A stretch of DNA of 61,217 nucleotides, counting the filler. It is 8 parts of 8 records of this genome, joined end to end, with 100 filler letters (N's around TTAATTAATTAA, not from the genome) between each part and the next. Parts side by side here need not be neighbours in the genome. Positions count along the whole stretch, not along the records: positions 36,812 to 46,872 come from DRR723986_17411; positions 46,973 to 52,875 come from DRR723986_17415; 6 more parts are not named here. One strand, written 5' to 3'. The notes beneath the pieces were generated by a model, which was given only the letters and a program-made list of their open reading frames with translations, had not been told where the DNA came from and searched no databases. Positions 40,773 to 49,631 of this stretch are shown one piece after another (position 1 is the first letter of the stretch; each line of letters starts with the position of its first letter). A program made the position numbers and the translations under genes.

Positions 40773-42191
40773 ATGGGTGAAGAACTGGAGACCACCAGCT
40801 TTAGCGACGATGATTTCGCCGAGTTTGTCCGCAACCTTCGCGCTGAAACTGATTTGGTGCAAAGTTGGGAACAAAATCAGGAACTATCAGACGGCCCTGC
40901 GACAGCTGGTTTTGAACTTGAGGCCTGGTTGGTTGACAAGGACGCCAGACCTTCCGCAACCAACGAAAGCTTTATTGCCGCGGTTGATAATGACCTGATT
41001 GTACCGGAGCTTTCTTGTTTCAATATAGAATTTAATGGCGACCCCCAGCAATTAACCGGAGACGGGCTTTCCACTTTGCATTCGGAGCTTTCTGATTTGT
41101 GGGATCATGCCGTTCGTGTGGCCCAAAAGCGCGATTTGCGATTAGCGATGATTGGTATTTTGCCAACCGTTAAGGACAGTGACTTGTGCGTTGCCAATAT
41201 GTCGTCCAGTAAACGCTTTAAGGCATTGAATGATCAGGTTTTTCGCTTGCGTAAAGGCCGCCCGATCAACCTTAAAATTGAAGGTGAAGATAGCCTTGAT
41301 AGCCATCATTCTGATGTGATGCTGGAGGCGGGCGCGACGTCATTTCAAATTCATCTGAAGCTACCGCGTGGCCGCGAAGTGGACTATTACAACGCATCAA
41401 AATTGGTCTCTCCGCCACTTGTGGCCATAGGGGCAAACTCACCGTATTTGTTTGGTAAAAACCTGTGGGCAGAATCCCGCATACCACTTTTTGAACAGGC
41501 TGTTTCTGTGGGGGATTGGGACTATGCCGAGCGAGTAACCTTCGGCGTTCGCTACATAGAAAACAGTTTATCTGAGGTATTTTTGGCTAACAGGCAGCGT
41601 TATCCGGTTTTATTGCCGCAAGTGAAGGAACGTTCTGTTGAGAAACTGGATCACTTACGTTTGCAGAATGGCACAATCTGGCGCTGGAACAGGCCGTTGA
41701 TTGGTTGGGATAGCGATGGAACCCCGCACTACCGCATTGAACAGCGTATTGTGCCAGCTGGCCCAACAATCATAGACTCCATGGCGAATGCTGCCTTTTA
41801 CTATGGGATGATAAAATATTTGGCAGAGCATGAAACCCGCCCTCACGAACGCGCTCAATTTTTTACCACGCGTGACAATTTCTATGCATGTGCAAAGCAT
41901 GGGCTTGATGCGCATGTGAGGTGGGATCATAAAGACAATCTGCCTATCGCGCAGGTCATTCTAGACACGTTTTTGCCGATGGCGGAGGAGGGGCTGCGCA
42001 GCCTTGCGATAAGCGACGCTGATATGAAGCGGTATTTAGGTGTTATTGAAGGTCGGTGCAAAAATAAACAAAATGGAGCAAATTGGCAGCGGTCATATGT
42101 CAAGAAACATGCGGCCAGTATGGAAGAAATGCTGGAGGCATATTTATTGCGGCAAGAAACAGCCCTTCCGGTTCATGAATGGACGCTTTAA
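40773..42191 (+). CDS. Glutamate-cysteine ligase family 2 (GCS2)-like carboxylate-amine ligase
   Basis: GFELE, ELSCFNIEFN, TSFQIHL, ANSP, ESRIP, WRWNRP, RIEQR. Confidence 0.8.
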   Translation: MGEELETTSFSDDDFAEFVRNLRAETDLVQSWEQNQELSDGPATAGFELEAWLVDKDARPSATNESFIAAVDNDLIVPELSCFNIEFNGDPQQLTGDGLSTLHSELSDLWDHAVRVAQKRDLRLAMIGILPTVKDSDLCVANMSSSKRFKALNDQVFRLRKGRPINLKIEGEDSLDSHHSDVMLEAGATSFQIHLKLPRGREVDYYNASKLVSPPLVAIGANSPYLFGKNLWAESRIPLFEQAVSVGDWDYAERVTFGVRYIENSLSEVFLANRQRYPVLLPQVKERSVEKLDHLRLQNGTIWRWNRPLIGWDSDGTPHYRIEQRIVPAGPTIIDSMANAAFYYGMIKYLAEHETRPHERAQFFTTRDNFYACAKHGLDAHVRWDHKDNLPIAQVILDTFLPMAEEGLRSLAISDADMKRYLGVIEGRCKNKQNGANWQRSYVKKHAASMEEMLEAYLLRQETALPVHEWTL

Positions 42192-42193
42192 CC

Positions 42194-43201
42194 ATGCTTC
42201 GACAATTTGACCATCTTCCAGATGGGTTTCTTGAAGCAACGTCTATCGAGTTGAATAAATTGCTTGGTGGTCCAGCGCTAATCCATTTGGAGGGCGTATG
42301 CAGGGCGCCGCTATTCATTACTGTTTTGCAGCACGGAAATGAGCCAACCGGTTTTGAGGCAATCCAGCAAATTCTTCGGAAATATAAGGCATTAGAGCTG
42401 CCCCGATCCATATGGCTTTTTGTCGCAAATGTGGCCGCTGCTGAGAACGGTGTGCGTGTTTTGGCAGGCCAAACCGACTATAACCGCGCGTGGCCTGGCA
42501 CAACTAACGCGGCCACGGCAGAGGCAGCGTTAATGCGGCAAGTGGTAGACATCGTGACGGCAGAACCATTGTTTGCCAGCGTTGATTTGCACAATAACAC
42601 CGGCAGTAATCCGCACTACGGATGCGTTAACGAACTGGCGCCAGAATATTTGCAGCTGGCAACCTTGTTTTCGCGCACGGTGGTCTATTTCAGGCAGCCA
42701 GTTGGAGTACAGTCATTAGCCATGTCAAAATATTGCCCGGCGGTGACGCTTGAATGTGGGCAAGCGGGTGAGTATGCCGCGTTTGACCAAGCTGTAAGTT
42801 TTTTAGATGCTTGTTTGCATTTGCATCATCTGCCCGACCATCAGGTGCCTAGCCATGACATCAACCTTGTCCGCACGGTTGCTGTTGCCAAAATGCGTGA
42901 CGGCGTGACCTTTGGTTTTGGACCCAAAGGCGACGAAGTGCAATTTCGGCCTGACTTGGACAAGTTAAACTTTAGCCAGCTTGAAGTGGGCGAAACCCTC
43001 GCTCACCTTAACGGCAACATAGAAATGCCAGTCATTGTCACGCAAGATGATGGCACAGACATAAGTGCAAATTTGTTCGATACTGACAATGGCAGGCTGA
43101 AGCTACGAGAGCCAATTACGCCCTCAATGGCCACCCTTGATGTGAGTGTAATCAGCCAAGATTGTTTGTTTTATGTTATGGAGCAGATGAAGCTGCCATA
43201 A
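42194..43201 (+). CDS. M14 zinc hydrolase (succinylglutamate desuccinylase/aspartoacylase-like)
   Basis: HGNE, DYNR, DLH and TLECG motifs; ATG 2 nt after the ligase stop. Confidence 0.82.
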   Translation: MLRQFDHLPDGFLEATSIELNKLLGGPALIHLEGVCRAPLFITVLQHGNEPTGFEAIQQILRKYKALELPRSIWLFVANVAAAENGVRVLAGQTDYNRAWPGTTNAATAEAALMRQVVDIVTAEPLFASVDLHNNTGSNPHYGCVNELAPEYLQLATLFSRTVVYFRQPVGVQSLAMSKYCPAVTLECGQAGEYAAFDQAVSFLDACLHLHHLPDHQVPSHDINLVRTVAVAKMRDGVTFGFGPKGDEVQFRPDLDKLNFSQLEVGETLAHLNGNIEMPVIVTQDDGTDISANLFDTDNGRLKLREPITPSMATLDVSVISQDCLFYVMEQMKLP

Positions 43202-43227
43202 CTAGCAGGCATAACGAGGAGGTTCAG

Positions 43228-43647
43228 ATGACAACCAATAAAGGAAAAGTAACCGGCTTGGGTGGTGTTTTTGTTAAAAGTAAAGACACCAAGGCGCTGG
43301 TGAAGTGGTACCGCGAGGTGCTTGAGTTTCCCTATGACGGCTATGGCTCTAGCTTTCCAATCCGTGAACACGCTGACCCTGAAAAAGAGGGTTACAATGT
43401 CTGGGGACCATTTAAGGCTGAAACAGATTATTTTGAGCCTTCGGATAAGGAGTTTATGATCAATCTTCGGGTGGAAAACCTGGATGATTTGATGGAAAGA
43501 CTGCTGGCCGCTGGCGTGAAAGAAGTGAAAGCCCGTGAAGAGCATGATTACGGTAAATTTGCCTGGATTGTGGACCCGGACGGTACAAAGTTAGAGCTAT
43601 GGGAACAAGTTGGCCCAAACCCGCCAAACGAAATTGAAGAAGACTGA
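43228..43647 (+). CDS. VOC/glyoxalase family protein
   Basis: VTGLGGVF, FMINLRVENLD, YGKFAWIVDPDGTKLELWE; GGAGG RBS. Confidence 0.88.
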   Translation: MTTNKGKVTGLGGVFVKSKDTKALVKWYREVLEFPYDGYGSSFPIREHADPEKEGYNVWGPFKAETDYFEPSDKEFMINLRVENLDDLMERLLAAGVKEVKAREEHDYGKFAWIVDPDGTKLELWEQVGPNPPNEIEED

Positions 43648-43651
43648 CCCA

Positions 43652-44260
43652 TTAGCGCTGAAGGGCAACCGCAACACCGGCAGTTATAAGCATGCCACCA
43701 GCCATGCGGTTAAACCGCTTCTGGACGATTGGTTTCCTGAAAGTGTTTGCCACCGACCTAGCCGCAAATATGTAAGTACCTATAACCACATAAGAGATTA
43801 TCACGTTCAGTGAGCCAAGTTGCGCAACCTCGCTGGCGCCAACTGTTGTCATGTCAATGAAAGTGGGCAGGAAAGCCAAGTAGAAAACCATTACCTTTGG
43901 GTTTGAAAGGCTGATTACTAGCCCGCCGAAAAAGGTGCGGCTTTTGTTAACAATGATATTGTCTTGGTGAGTTTCTGCGGCTTGTCGCCAACTGGTCCAA
44001 CCTAGCCAGATTAGATACGCCGCACCAATAAAACGAAACACCGTGAATAGCTCATTGAATTGTTGGGCCATGAACCCAAGGCCAAAAGCCGCGGCAACCA
44101 AATAGGCGAAATCACCCGCAATGAGGCCTGATAGCAAAGCAAAAGCCGGCGCGGTTCCCCGAGATACAGCCTGTCCAACCGTTGCGAGTACGCCGGGGCC
44201 GGGTACAGCGGCAAAAATTGCAGATGCAACAATGTAAGCAAGTAGAGTTTCAATAGGCAC
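43652..44260 (-). CDS. LysE/RhtB family exporter
   Basis: PGPG, GAAYLIWLG and NPKVMVFY motifs; GTG start at 44260. Confidence 0.88.
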   Translation of the reverse strand: MPIETLLAYIVASAIFAAVPGPGVLATVGQAVSRGTAPAFALLSGLIAGDFAYLVAAAFGLGFMAQQFNELFTVFRFIGAAYLIWLGWTSWRQAAETHQDNIIVNKSRTFFGGLVISLSNPKVMVFYLAFLPTFIDMTTVGASEVAQLGSLNVIISYVVIGTYIFAARSVANTFRKPIVQKRFNRMAGGMLITAGVAVALQR

Positions 44261-44268
44261 AGTGGTTT

Positions 44269-44619
44269 TTATTCCAGCGCGTTGATTTTCTCCACTCTGG
44301 CCCAAACCAGGCCAGTTTGACAAGCCGCACGCATGTCTGCGGCGGAAATGGTTGGCGAAAAATTGCCCAGAGCATCCTGATAAGTGGCAATACATTGGTC
44401 CAACAACGCTAGATAGTCAGATAGCGCCGCCGAGCGCGGTGCGCCGTAAGCCATTATGCCGCCGGCTCGGCAGGCTTTGGCTTGTTCCAGCGTGACAAAT
44501 TCATGGCGGCACATTTTTTCCAATTGACGGTTAAATGTGGTGAAGTCATCAGCCTGTGCAGTACCTACAGGCTGGGACAGTAGGCATAGGAAAATCAGAT
44601 GTAACATTTGTTTTTTCAT
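44269..44619 (-). CDS. Hypothetical secreted Cys-containing protein
   Basis: Signal peptide ending AQA; four Cys in the mature part. Confidence 0.6.
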   Translation of the reverse strand: MKKQMLHLIFLCLLSQPVGTAQADDFTTFNRQLEKMCRHEFVTLEQAKACRAGGIMAYGAPRSAALSDYLALLDQCIATYQDALGNFSPTISAADMRAACQTGLVWARVEKINALE

Positions 44620-44734
44620 GATCCGGCTCTAGAATCTTTTGTTATGAACAGTTGACTTATGCTCGCATGCTTCGTGCCAACTATTGAAAACCGTTTCACA
44701 TAAGGTGCAACGTGACAGGGGTAGAGGAAATCAG

Positions 44735-45823
44735 ATGAAGAAGATAATTATCGGACTGATTGTTGTGGCATCCTTATGGTTTGTTTTTGCCCCGGGGCCG
44801 ATTGACCCGGTTGCGTGGCAACCACCTATTGACAAAGGCTTTGTCGGTGATTTCGCGGAAAATAATGTGTTATTGGCTGCGGAAGTTATCCCCGTTAAGG
44901 GCGGCGAAGGGCCTGAAGATGTAGCTGTGGATGCCGAAGGCCGCATTTATGGGGGCCTGCATGATGGCAGAATAATTCGGTTCAATAATGATGGCTCAGG
45001 CCAAGAAACATTTGCCTCCATTACAGGCGGCAGGCCGTTGGGGTTGCATTTTGATGCAGGCGGAAACTTGATCGTTGCTGACGCATGGAAAGGCCTGCTT
45101 TCCATTAACTCGCAGGGTGAAATTACCGTGCTCACCACCGGGCATGGCGGCAGGCCATTTGCTTTTACCGATGACTTGGACATTGCCTCGGACGGCAAAA
45201 TTTACTTCTCGGACGCAAGCGACAAGTATAACCAGCCAGACTATTTGTATGACCTGTTTGAAGCGCGTGGTCATGGCCGGTTAATGGTCTATGACCCTGC
45301 AACGGGCGAAACTGATATGCTGTTGGATGAACTTTATTTCGCCAATGGCATTGCACTTTCCATGAGTGAAGATTTCGTTCTAGTGAATGAAACCGGGCGG
45401 TACCGCGTTACCCGTTATTGGCTGACCGGCGACAAGGCCGGTACTAGTGATATATTCATTGATAATCTGCCGGGTTTCCCAGACGGTATATCGTCGAACC
45501 GCAATGGCACTTTTTGGTTGGCGCTGCCGTCACCTCGAAACCCGAAAGTGGATGAGATTCATCCAAGTCCGTTCCTGAAAAACATTGTTGCCAAGTTGCC
45601 AAAATCAATCCAACCCGGAGCAATTAAACGCGGCACAGTGATAGGCCTGAATGAGCAGGGTGAGGTAGTTGCTGCCTACCACGACCCATTCGGTGAGAAT
45701 GTCTACATGATTACATCCGTAGAGCAGGTCGGTGATGTGCTTTATCTTGGCAGTCTTGAGGTCCCGCAAATTATAAGGGTAGGACCTTTTTTGGTGATGC
45801 AAGGTTTACGAGAAAAAATTTAA
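44735..45823 (+). CDS. Strictosidine synthase-like / SMP-30 beta-propeller (APMAP-like)
   Basis: GPEDV, GRPLGL, IYFSDAS, LYFANGI, NLPGFPDGI; N-terminal anchor. Confidence 0.88.
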   Translation: MKKIIIGLIVVASLWFVFAPGPIDPVAWQPPIDKGFVGDFAENNVLLAAEVIPVKGGEGPEDVAVDAEGRIYGGLHDGRIIRFNNDGSGQETFASITGGRPLGLHFDAGGNLIVADAWKGLLSINSQGEITVLTTGHGGRPFAFTDDLDIASDGKIYFSDASDKYNQPDYLYDLFEARGHGRLMVYDPATGETDMLLDELYFANGIALSMSEDFVLVNETGRYRVTRYWLTGDKAGTSDIFIDNLPGFPDGISSNRNGTFWLALPSPRNPKVDEIHPSPFLKNIVAKLPKSIQPGAIKRGTVIGLNEQGEVVAAYHDPFGENVYMITSVEQVGDVLYLGSLEVPQIIRVGPFLVMQGLREKI

Positions 45824-45843
45824 CAATGTCTTTAATTTCCCGC

Positions 45844-46689
45844 TTACCCCGTCCCCGGCGGCGGGGTGCCAAAGCTTTGCACCAGCGAACCTACAACTAA
45901 ATTCCAGCCATCCACCAGCACGAAGAAAATCAGCTTGAACGGCATGGCGATCATCACTGGTGGCAGCATCATCATGCCCATGGACATCAAAATGGACGCC
46001 ACAACCATATCGATTACAATGAAGGGCACATAAAGCAGAAAGCCAATCTCAAAAGCGCGGCGAATCTCACTAATCATGAAAGCTGGCACGACAGTCATTA
46101 AGGGAATGGTCTCAGGTGTTGCGGCAGCAGAATCGCCGCCTGCCATATCAATAAACAGGGCCAAGTCCTTATCGCGCACATGGGTCAGCATAAAGTCTTT
46201 CATGGGGGCAGAGGCGCGGTTAAAGGCTTCCACCTCATCAATTTCTTGCTCAATGAGGGGTTGTACGCCTTGTTCCCATGCGGCTGTAAGCGTAGGGGCC
46301 ATAACGTAACCGGTTAAAAACAGGGCTAGCGAAACAATGACAATGTTGGGTGGGCTTTGCTGTGTGCCCATTGCGCTTCTAAGCAGCGAGAAAACAATAA
46401 CCATGCGGGTGAAACTGGTCATCATCACCAAGATGCTCGGTGCAAGGCTCAACACTGTAAGCAGCAATATCATTTGCACAACCCGGCCCGAAAGCGTGCC
46501 TTCTTCGCCTAAATCCAGGTTAAGTGATTGTGCCAGCACATCACCAGCCCCCAGCATGGAAAGCCCGATGGCGATGGGGGCAAGCAGCAGCGTTGCCTTT
46601 AGTGCAGTTGCGGTTGTTGGGCGAAGGTAGCTCTTCAGGCGCTTTAGCAAGTCGTTCAACGATGGGTACTGCATGTTTTTAACGAGCAT
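45844..46689 (-). CDS. fliP: Flagellar export protein FliP
   Basis: LSLAPSILVMMTSFTR; PAFMISEI; MGMMMLPP; KLIFFVLVDGW; start approximate. Confidence 0.95.
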   Translation of the reverse strand: MLVKNMQYPSLNDLLKRLKSYLRPTTATALKATLLLAPIAIGLSMLGAGDVLAQSLNLDLGEEGTLSGRVVQMILLLTVLSLAPSILVMMTSFTRMVIVFSLLRSAMGTQQSPPNIVIVSLALFLTGYVMAPTLTAAWEQGVQPLIEQEIDEVEAFNRASAPMKDFMLTHVRDKDLALFIDMAGGDSAAATPETIPLMTVVPAFMISEIRRAFEIGFLLYVPFIVIDMVVASILMSMGMMMLPPVMIAMPFKLIFFVLVDGWNLVVGSLVQSFGTPPPGTG

Positions 46690-46872
46690 TGCCAGCACCC
46701 CTGTTGTTGACGGTATCCATAGGCATGTGCGGGTTTTTCACATCGATTTTCTTGGCACCATCTGCTCCAAAAGCCAGTAAATAATCAGCCCCGCGCCAGC
46801 GTGCCACCACTAGGCGGTTGCGGGCGTCAATCATTTTACTTTCAAGAATTTCCAACTCTTTAGTACCCGAGC
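46679..46872 (-). CDS. fliO: FliO/FliZ C-terminal fragment (absent from the ORF track)
   Basis: Manual translation ...ELEILESKMIDARNRLVVARWRGADYLLAFG...; directly upstream of and overlapping fliP. Confidence 0.65.
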
Positions 46873-46972
46873 NNNNNNNNNNNNNNNNNNNNNNNNNNNN
46901 NNNNNNNNNNNNNNNNTTAATTAATTAANNNNNNNNNNNNNNNNNNNNNNNNNNNNNNNNNNNNNNNNNNNN
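46873..46972. other. Artificial contig linker
   Basis: N44-TTAATTAATTAA-N44. Confidence 0.99.
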
Positions 46973-47002
46973 GCACGGCCTTGCGGCCGAGAGATTTTAA
47001 GT
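46973..47002 (-). tRNA. 3'-half fragment of tRNA-Leu(TAA), probable att core (not an intact tRNA)
   Basis: Minus strand ACTTAAAATCTCTCGGCCGCAAGGCCGTGC: anticodon loop CTTAAAA, 3' stem strand, long variable arm; the 5' half is replaced by AT-rich sequence. Confidence 0.75.
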
Positions 47003-47130
47003 TATTTGTGTGCTTGTTTGACGACTTTTGAAGAACTTTTAATACCTATTATAAAACAGCATATTACGCGACTTTCTCGAAAACACTGTTTGCCGTTGTT
47101 TGAAGAAATCCGCTAGAATTTGACCGATTT

Positions 47131-47159
47131 TGTCTACATAGTGTCTACATTTAGACACA
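47131..47159. repeat. Putative integrase arm-type sites
   Basis: TGTCTACAT at 47131 and 47142 (11-bp period) plus inverted partial copy TAGACACA, between att and int. Confidence 0.55.
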
Positions 47160-47181
47160 AGGGACTTTCTGACGAATTCGA

Positions 47182-48414
47182 GTGGAGCCTACCCCCTTGA
47201 GGATCACCAAGAGCTTTGTTGATAAAGTACCCCTCCCTGAGATCGGCCAGGATGGTAAATCCACCCAGGCCTTTTATCGGGATTCGGTCATAGCCGGTTT
47301 CGGTCTACGGGTGACCAGCGGCGGCGCAAAATCGTTCATCGTGGAAAAGCGAGTGGATGGCCGGGTTAAACGAAAAACCCTGGGCCGGTATGGCAACCTG
47401 ACCGTTGAGCAGGCGAGAAAGGAAGCCCAGAAATTCCTAGGCAAAGTCGCGTCCGGCATCGACCCTATCCGCGAGATTCAGGAAAAGCGAGCCAAACGCA
47501 TCACCCTGAGTGACGCCTTTCAGGATTACTTGGCCACCCGCAAGAACCTGAAACCGAACACCCTCAACGACTACAACCGGTCTATGGGGGAAATGTTCAA
47601 GGACTGGCAGACCAAAGCCCTGAGCGATATTTCCCGCGATATGGTCATCACTCGCCACGCCGAATACGGAGCCCGAAGCCCTGCCCGTGCCGATAATGGT
47701 ATGCGGATTCTAAGGGCGATCTTCAATCACGCCTTACAGCGCTATCAGGATGCCTCGGGAAAGCCATTCCTTGTGGCGAACCCGGTGGATGTACTGAGCC
47801 ACCAACGGGCTTGGTATAAGGTGGAGCGGCGGCAAACCCTGATCAAGGATCACCAGTTAAAGCCCTGGTATGAAGCCACCATGCAACTCAACAACCAGAC
47901 CACACGTGATTACCTGCACTTGGTCCTGTTGACCGGCCTACGGCGGACCGAGGCGGCCACCCTCACCTGGGACCAGATCGACTTTAAAGAGAAAACCCTG
48001 ACCATCACCGCAACCAAGAACAACCGGATTCACCGGCTTCCGTTCAGCGATGCCATAGAGGCGCTGTTAACGCGGCGGCACGAGGAAAATTCGAGCCCGT
48101 TTGTGTTCCCCAGCGATGCCGAGCGCGGCCATCTTTCGGAGCCCCGAACGGCCATTGCCCGAGTGACCAAGCTGTCAGGGGTGACCTTCACCCTGCATGA
48201 TCTGCGGCGAACCTTTATCACCGCTGCCGAACGGTTGGATATTCCCGCCTACGCCCTAAAACGCCTGATCAACCACAAAGACCCGAACGACGTGACCGAG
48301 GGTTACATCATCTTTGACGTTGAGCGGTTGCGAGTGCCAATGCAGAAGATTACTGATTTCTTCCTCTCCCAGGTTCAAGACGAACCGGAAACCGAACAAC
48401 AAAGGACAGATTAA
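47182..48414 (+). CDS. int: Tyrosine integrase with N-terminal Arm-binding domain (P4-like)
   Basis: GFGLRVTSGGAKSF...TLGRYGNLTVEQAR; catalytic TGLRRTE, TKN, HDLRRT, NH, EGY. Confidence 0.93.
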   Translation: MEPTPLRITKSFVDKVPLPEIGQDGKSTQAFYRDSVIAGFGLRVTSGGAKSFIVEKRVDGRVKRKTLGRYGNLTVEQARKEAQKFLGKVASGIDPIREIQEKRAKRITLSDAFQDYLATRKNLKPNTLNDYNRSMGEMFKDWQTKALSDISRDMVITRHAEYGARSPARADNGMRILRAIFNHALQRYQDASGKPFLVANPVDVLSHQRAWYKVERRQTLIKDHQLKPWYEATMQLNNQTTRDYLHLVLLTGLRRTEAATLTWDQIDFKEKTLTITATKNNRIHRLPFSDAIEALLTRRHEENSSPFVFPSDAERGHLSEPRTAIARVTKLSGVTFTLHDLRRTFITAAERLDIPAYALKRLINHKDPNDVTEGYIIFDVERLRVPMQKITDFFLSQVQDEPETEQQRTD

Positions 48415-49292
48415 TGCTGTACCCCGACACAGATCACTTGAGCGTATGGGAAGTGGCTCATCGCTGGCATGGCTTCGACCCGAACACGACTGACCCGAAA
48501 GCTCTCCCCCTGGCAGTGCAAGATACTCTACGAACCATTACCCGGATGCAGTTTGGCCATGAACTCACGGTCTGCAATAAGCGAGGAATCGAGATCAAGG
48601 ATCAGCGGTCGCTGGTCGATTTCGAAGACTTCCTGGTCCCGGAATTCACGAAATCCAATCAATCGGAACATGACGAAGTCTGCGAATCCACCGGAGAGAC
48701 CGTTCGGGTTGTTGTCAACGAGCTATACGAAGACCCGGAATCAGGACTGACGGATGAACAGCGCTGGGACCGATACGAAGAGTTCTCTGAAAACTGGGTA
48801 AGGCGCCACAACGCCTTGGTGGGCGACTTCCCGAAATGCTTTAACGAGCGGATCTATGACAAGACAAACCTGGAACAGGTTCACATCGATAAGGCCGCCG
48901 TCAAAGAGCTGGCTGAATCCCGGCAAATTCCTCTGCCTGAATTCTGGTTTACCGATTCCGAAAAAAAGCAGCATCTACTGAAACTCGCCGGGAATGAAGC
49001 GAAAGAAGAAACGCCTCAATTTTCTGGAAGAATCAATCAAGAGCAGATCAACGAGTTTTGGCAAAAGCTGTCAGACAAACAGAAGCACCGGCTTCTGTGC
49101 CGCGAGATAGCCAAAGAGCTATGGCGAGTTAACCCAACCCGGACCATTGCGGATATCTGTCGGGATGAGGGTATTCAGATCTACGGAGGTGGGCGCTACT
49201 ACACCAAAACTGACACTTTGCGCGAATGGATCAAAGACCTTGATCCTAGGCCGAACGAAAACAAGAAAGGTGGCCGTCCTCCGGCTAAGTGA
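48414..49292 (+). CDS. Hypothetical element protein, possible regulator
   Basis: TAATG-coupled to int; C-terminal helical segment (AKELW...TLREWIKDL) and basic KKGGRPP tail. Confidence 0.7.
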   Translation: MLYPDTDHLSVWEVAHRWHGFDPNTTDPKALPLAVQDTLRTITRMQFGHELTVCNKRGIEIKDQRSLVDFEDFLVPEFTKSNQSEHDEVCESTGETVRVVVNELYEDPESGLTDEQRWDRYEEFSENWVRRHNALVGDFPKCFNERIYDKTNLEQVHIDKAAVKELAESRQIPLPEFWFTDSEKKQHLLKLAGNEAKEETPQFSGRINQEQINEFWQKLSDKQKHRLLCREIAKELWRVNPTRTIADICRDEGIQIYGGGRYYTKTDTLREWIKDLDPRPNENKKGGRPPAK

Positions 49293-49401
49293 AACCTCCC
49301 GCCTAAACCGAGAAACTACCCGCCTAGAACAGACGGGAATATTTACCCTCCCCTGAAATCGTCAAAGTGTCTCCGACAGCAAACAACCCTGTTGGAGACA
49401 C
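49291..49401 (+). promoter_or_regulatory. Direct repeats plus RBS-sequestering hairpin upstream of xis
   Basis: GAAAC(CT/TA)CCCGCCTA at 49291 and 49312; GTGTCTCCGACAG-N9-CTGTTGGAGACAC at 49367-49401. Confidence 0.6.
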
Positions 49402-49404
49402 GCA

Positions 49405-49602
49405 ATGACCAGCTCACTCTTTAATACCAAAGAAGCTGCCGACTACCTTGGCGTCAGCAAAGCCTTTCTTGAACGCGACCGCTGGGCCGGTGCCCGTATC
49501 CCCTTTATCAAGGTGGGTAGCCGTACCGTCCGGTATCGCCTGAGCGACCTGAACGACTACATCGAAAAGCAGGTTCGGCTTTCAACGTCCCAGGTGGCGT
49601 GA
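49405..49602 (+). CDS. Excisionase/AlpA-like HTH protein
   Basis: 65 aa: LFNTKEAADYLGVSKAFL...IPFIKVGSRTVRYRLSDL. Confidence 0.88.
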   Translation: MTSSLFNTKEAADYLGVSKAFLERDRWAGARIPFIKVGSRTVRYRLSDLNDYIEKQVRLSTSQVA

Positions 49603-49631
49603 TGATTCCATCATGCCAGCCCAAATCACCA

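Noticed and set aside
29926-46872. Single flagellar locus combining flgEKLI/motB with fliOP
   Set aside because: The genes are on different contigs with different composition
46973-47030. Intact tRNA-Leu gene
   Set aside because: The 5' half (acceptor, D-arm, 5' anticodon stem) is absent; treated as an att fragment
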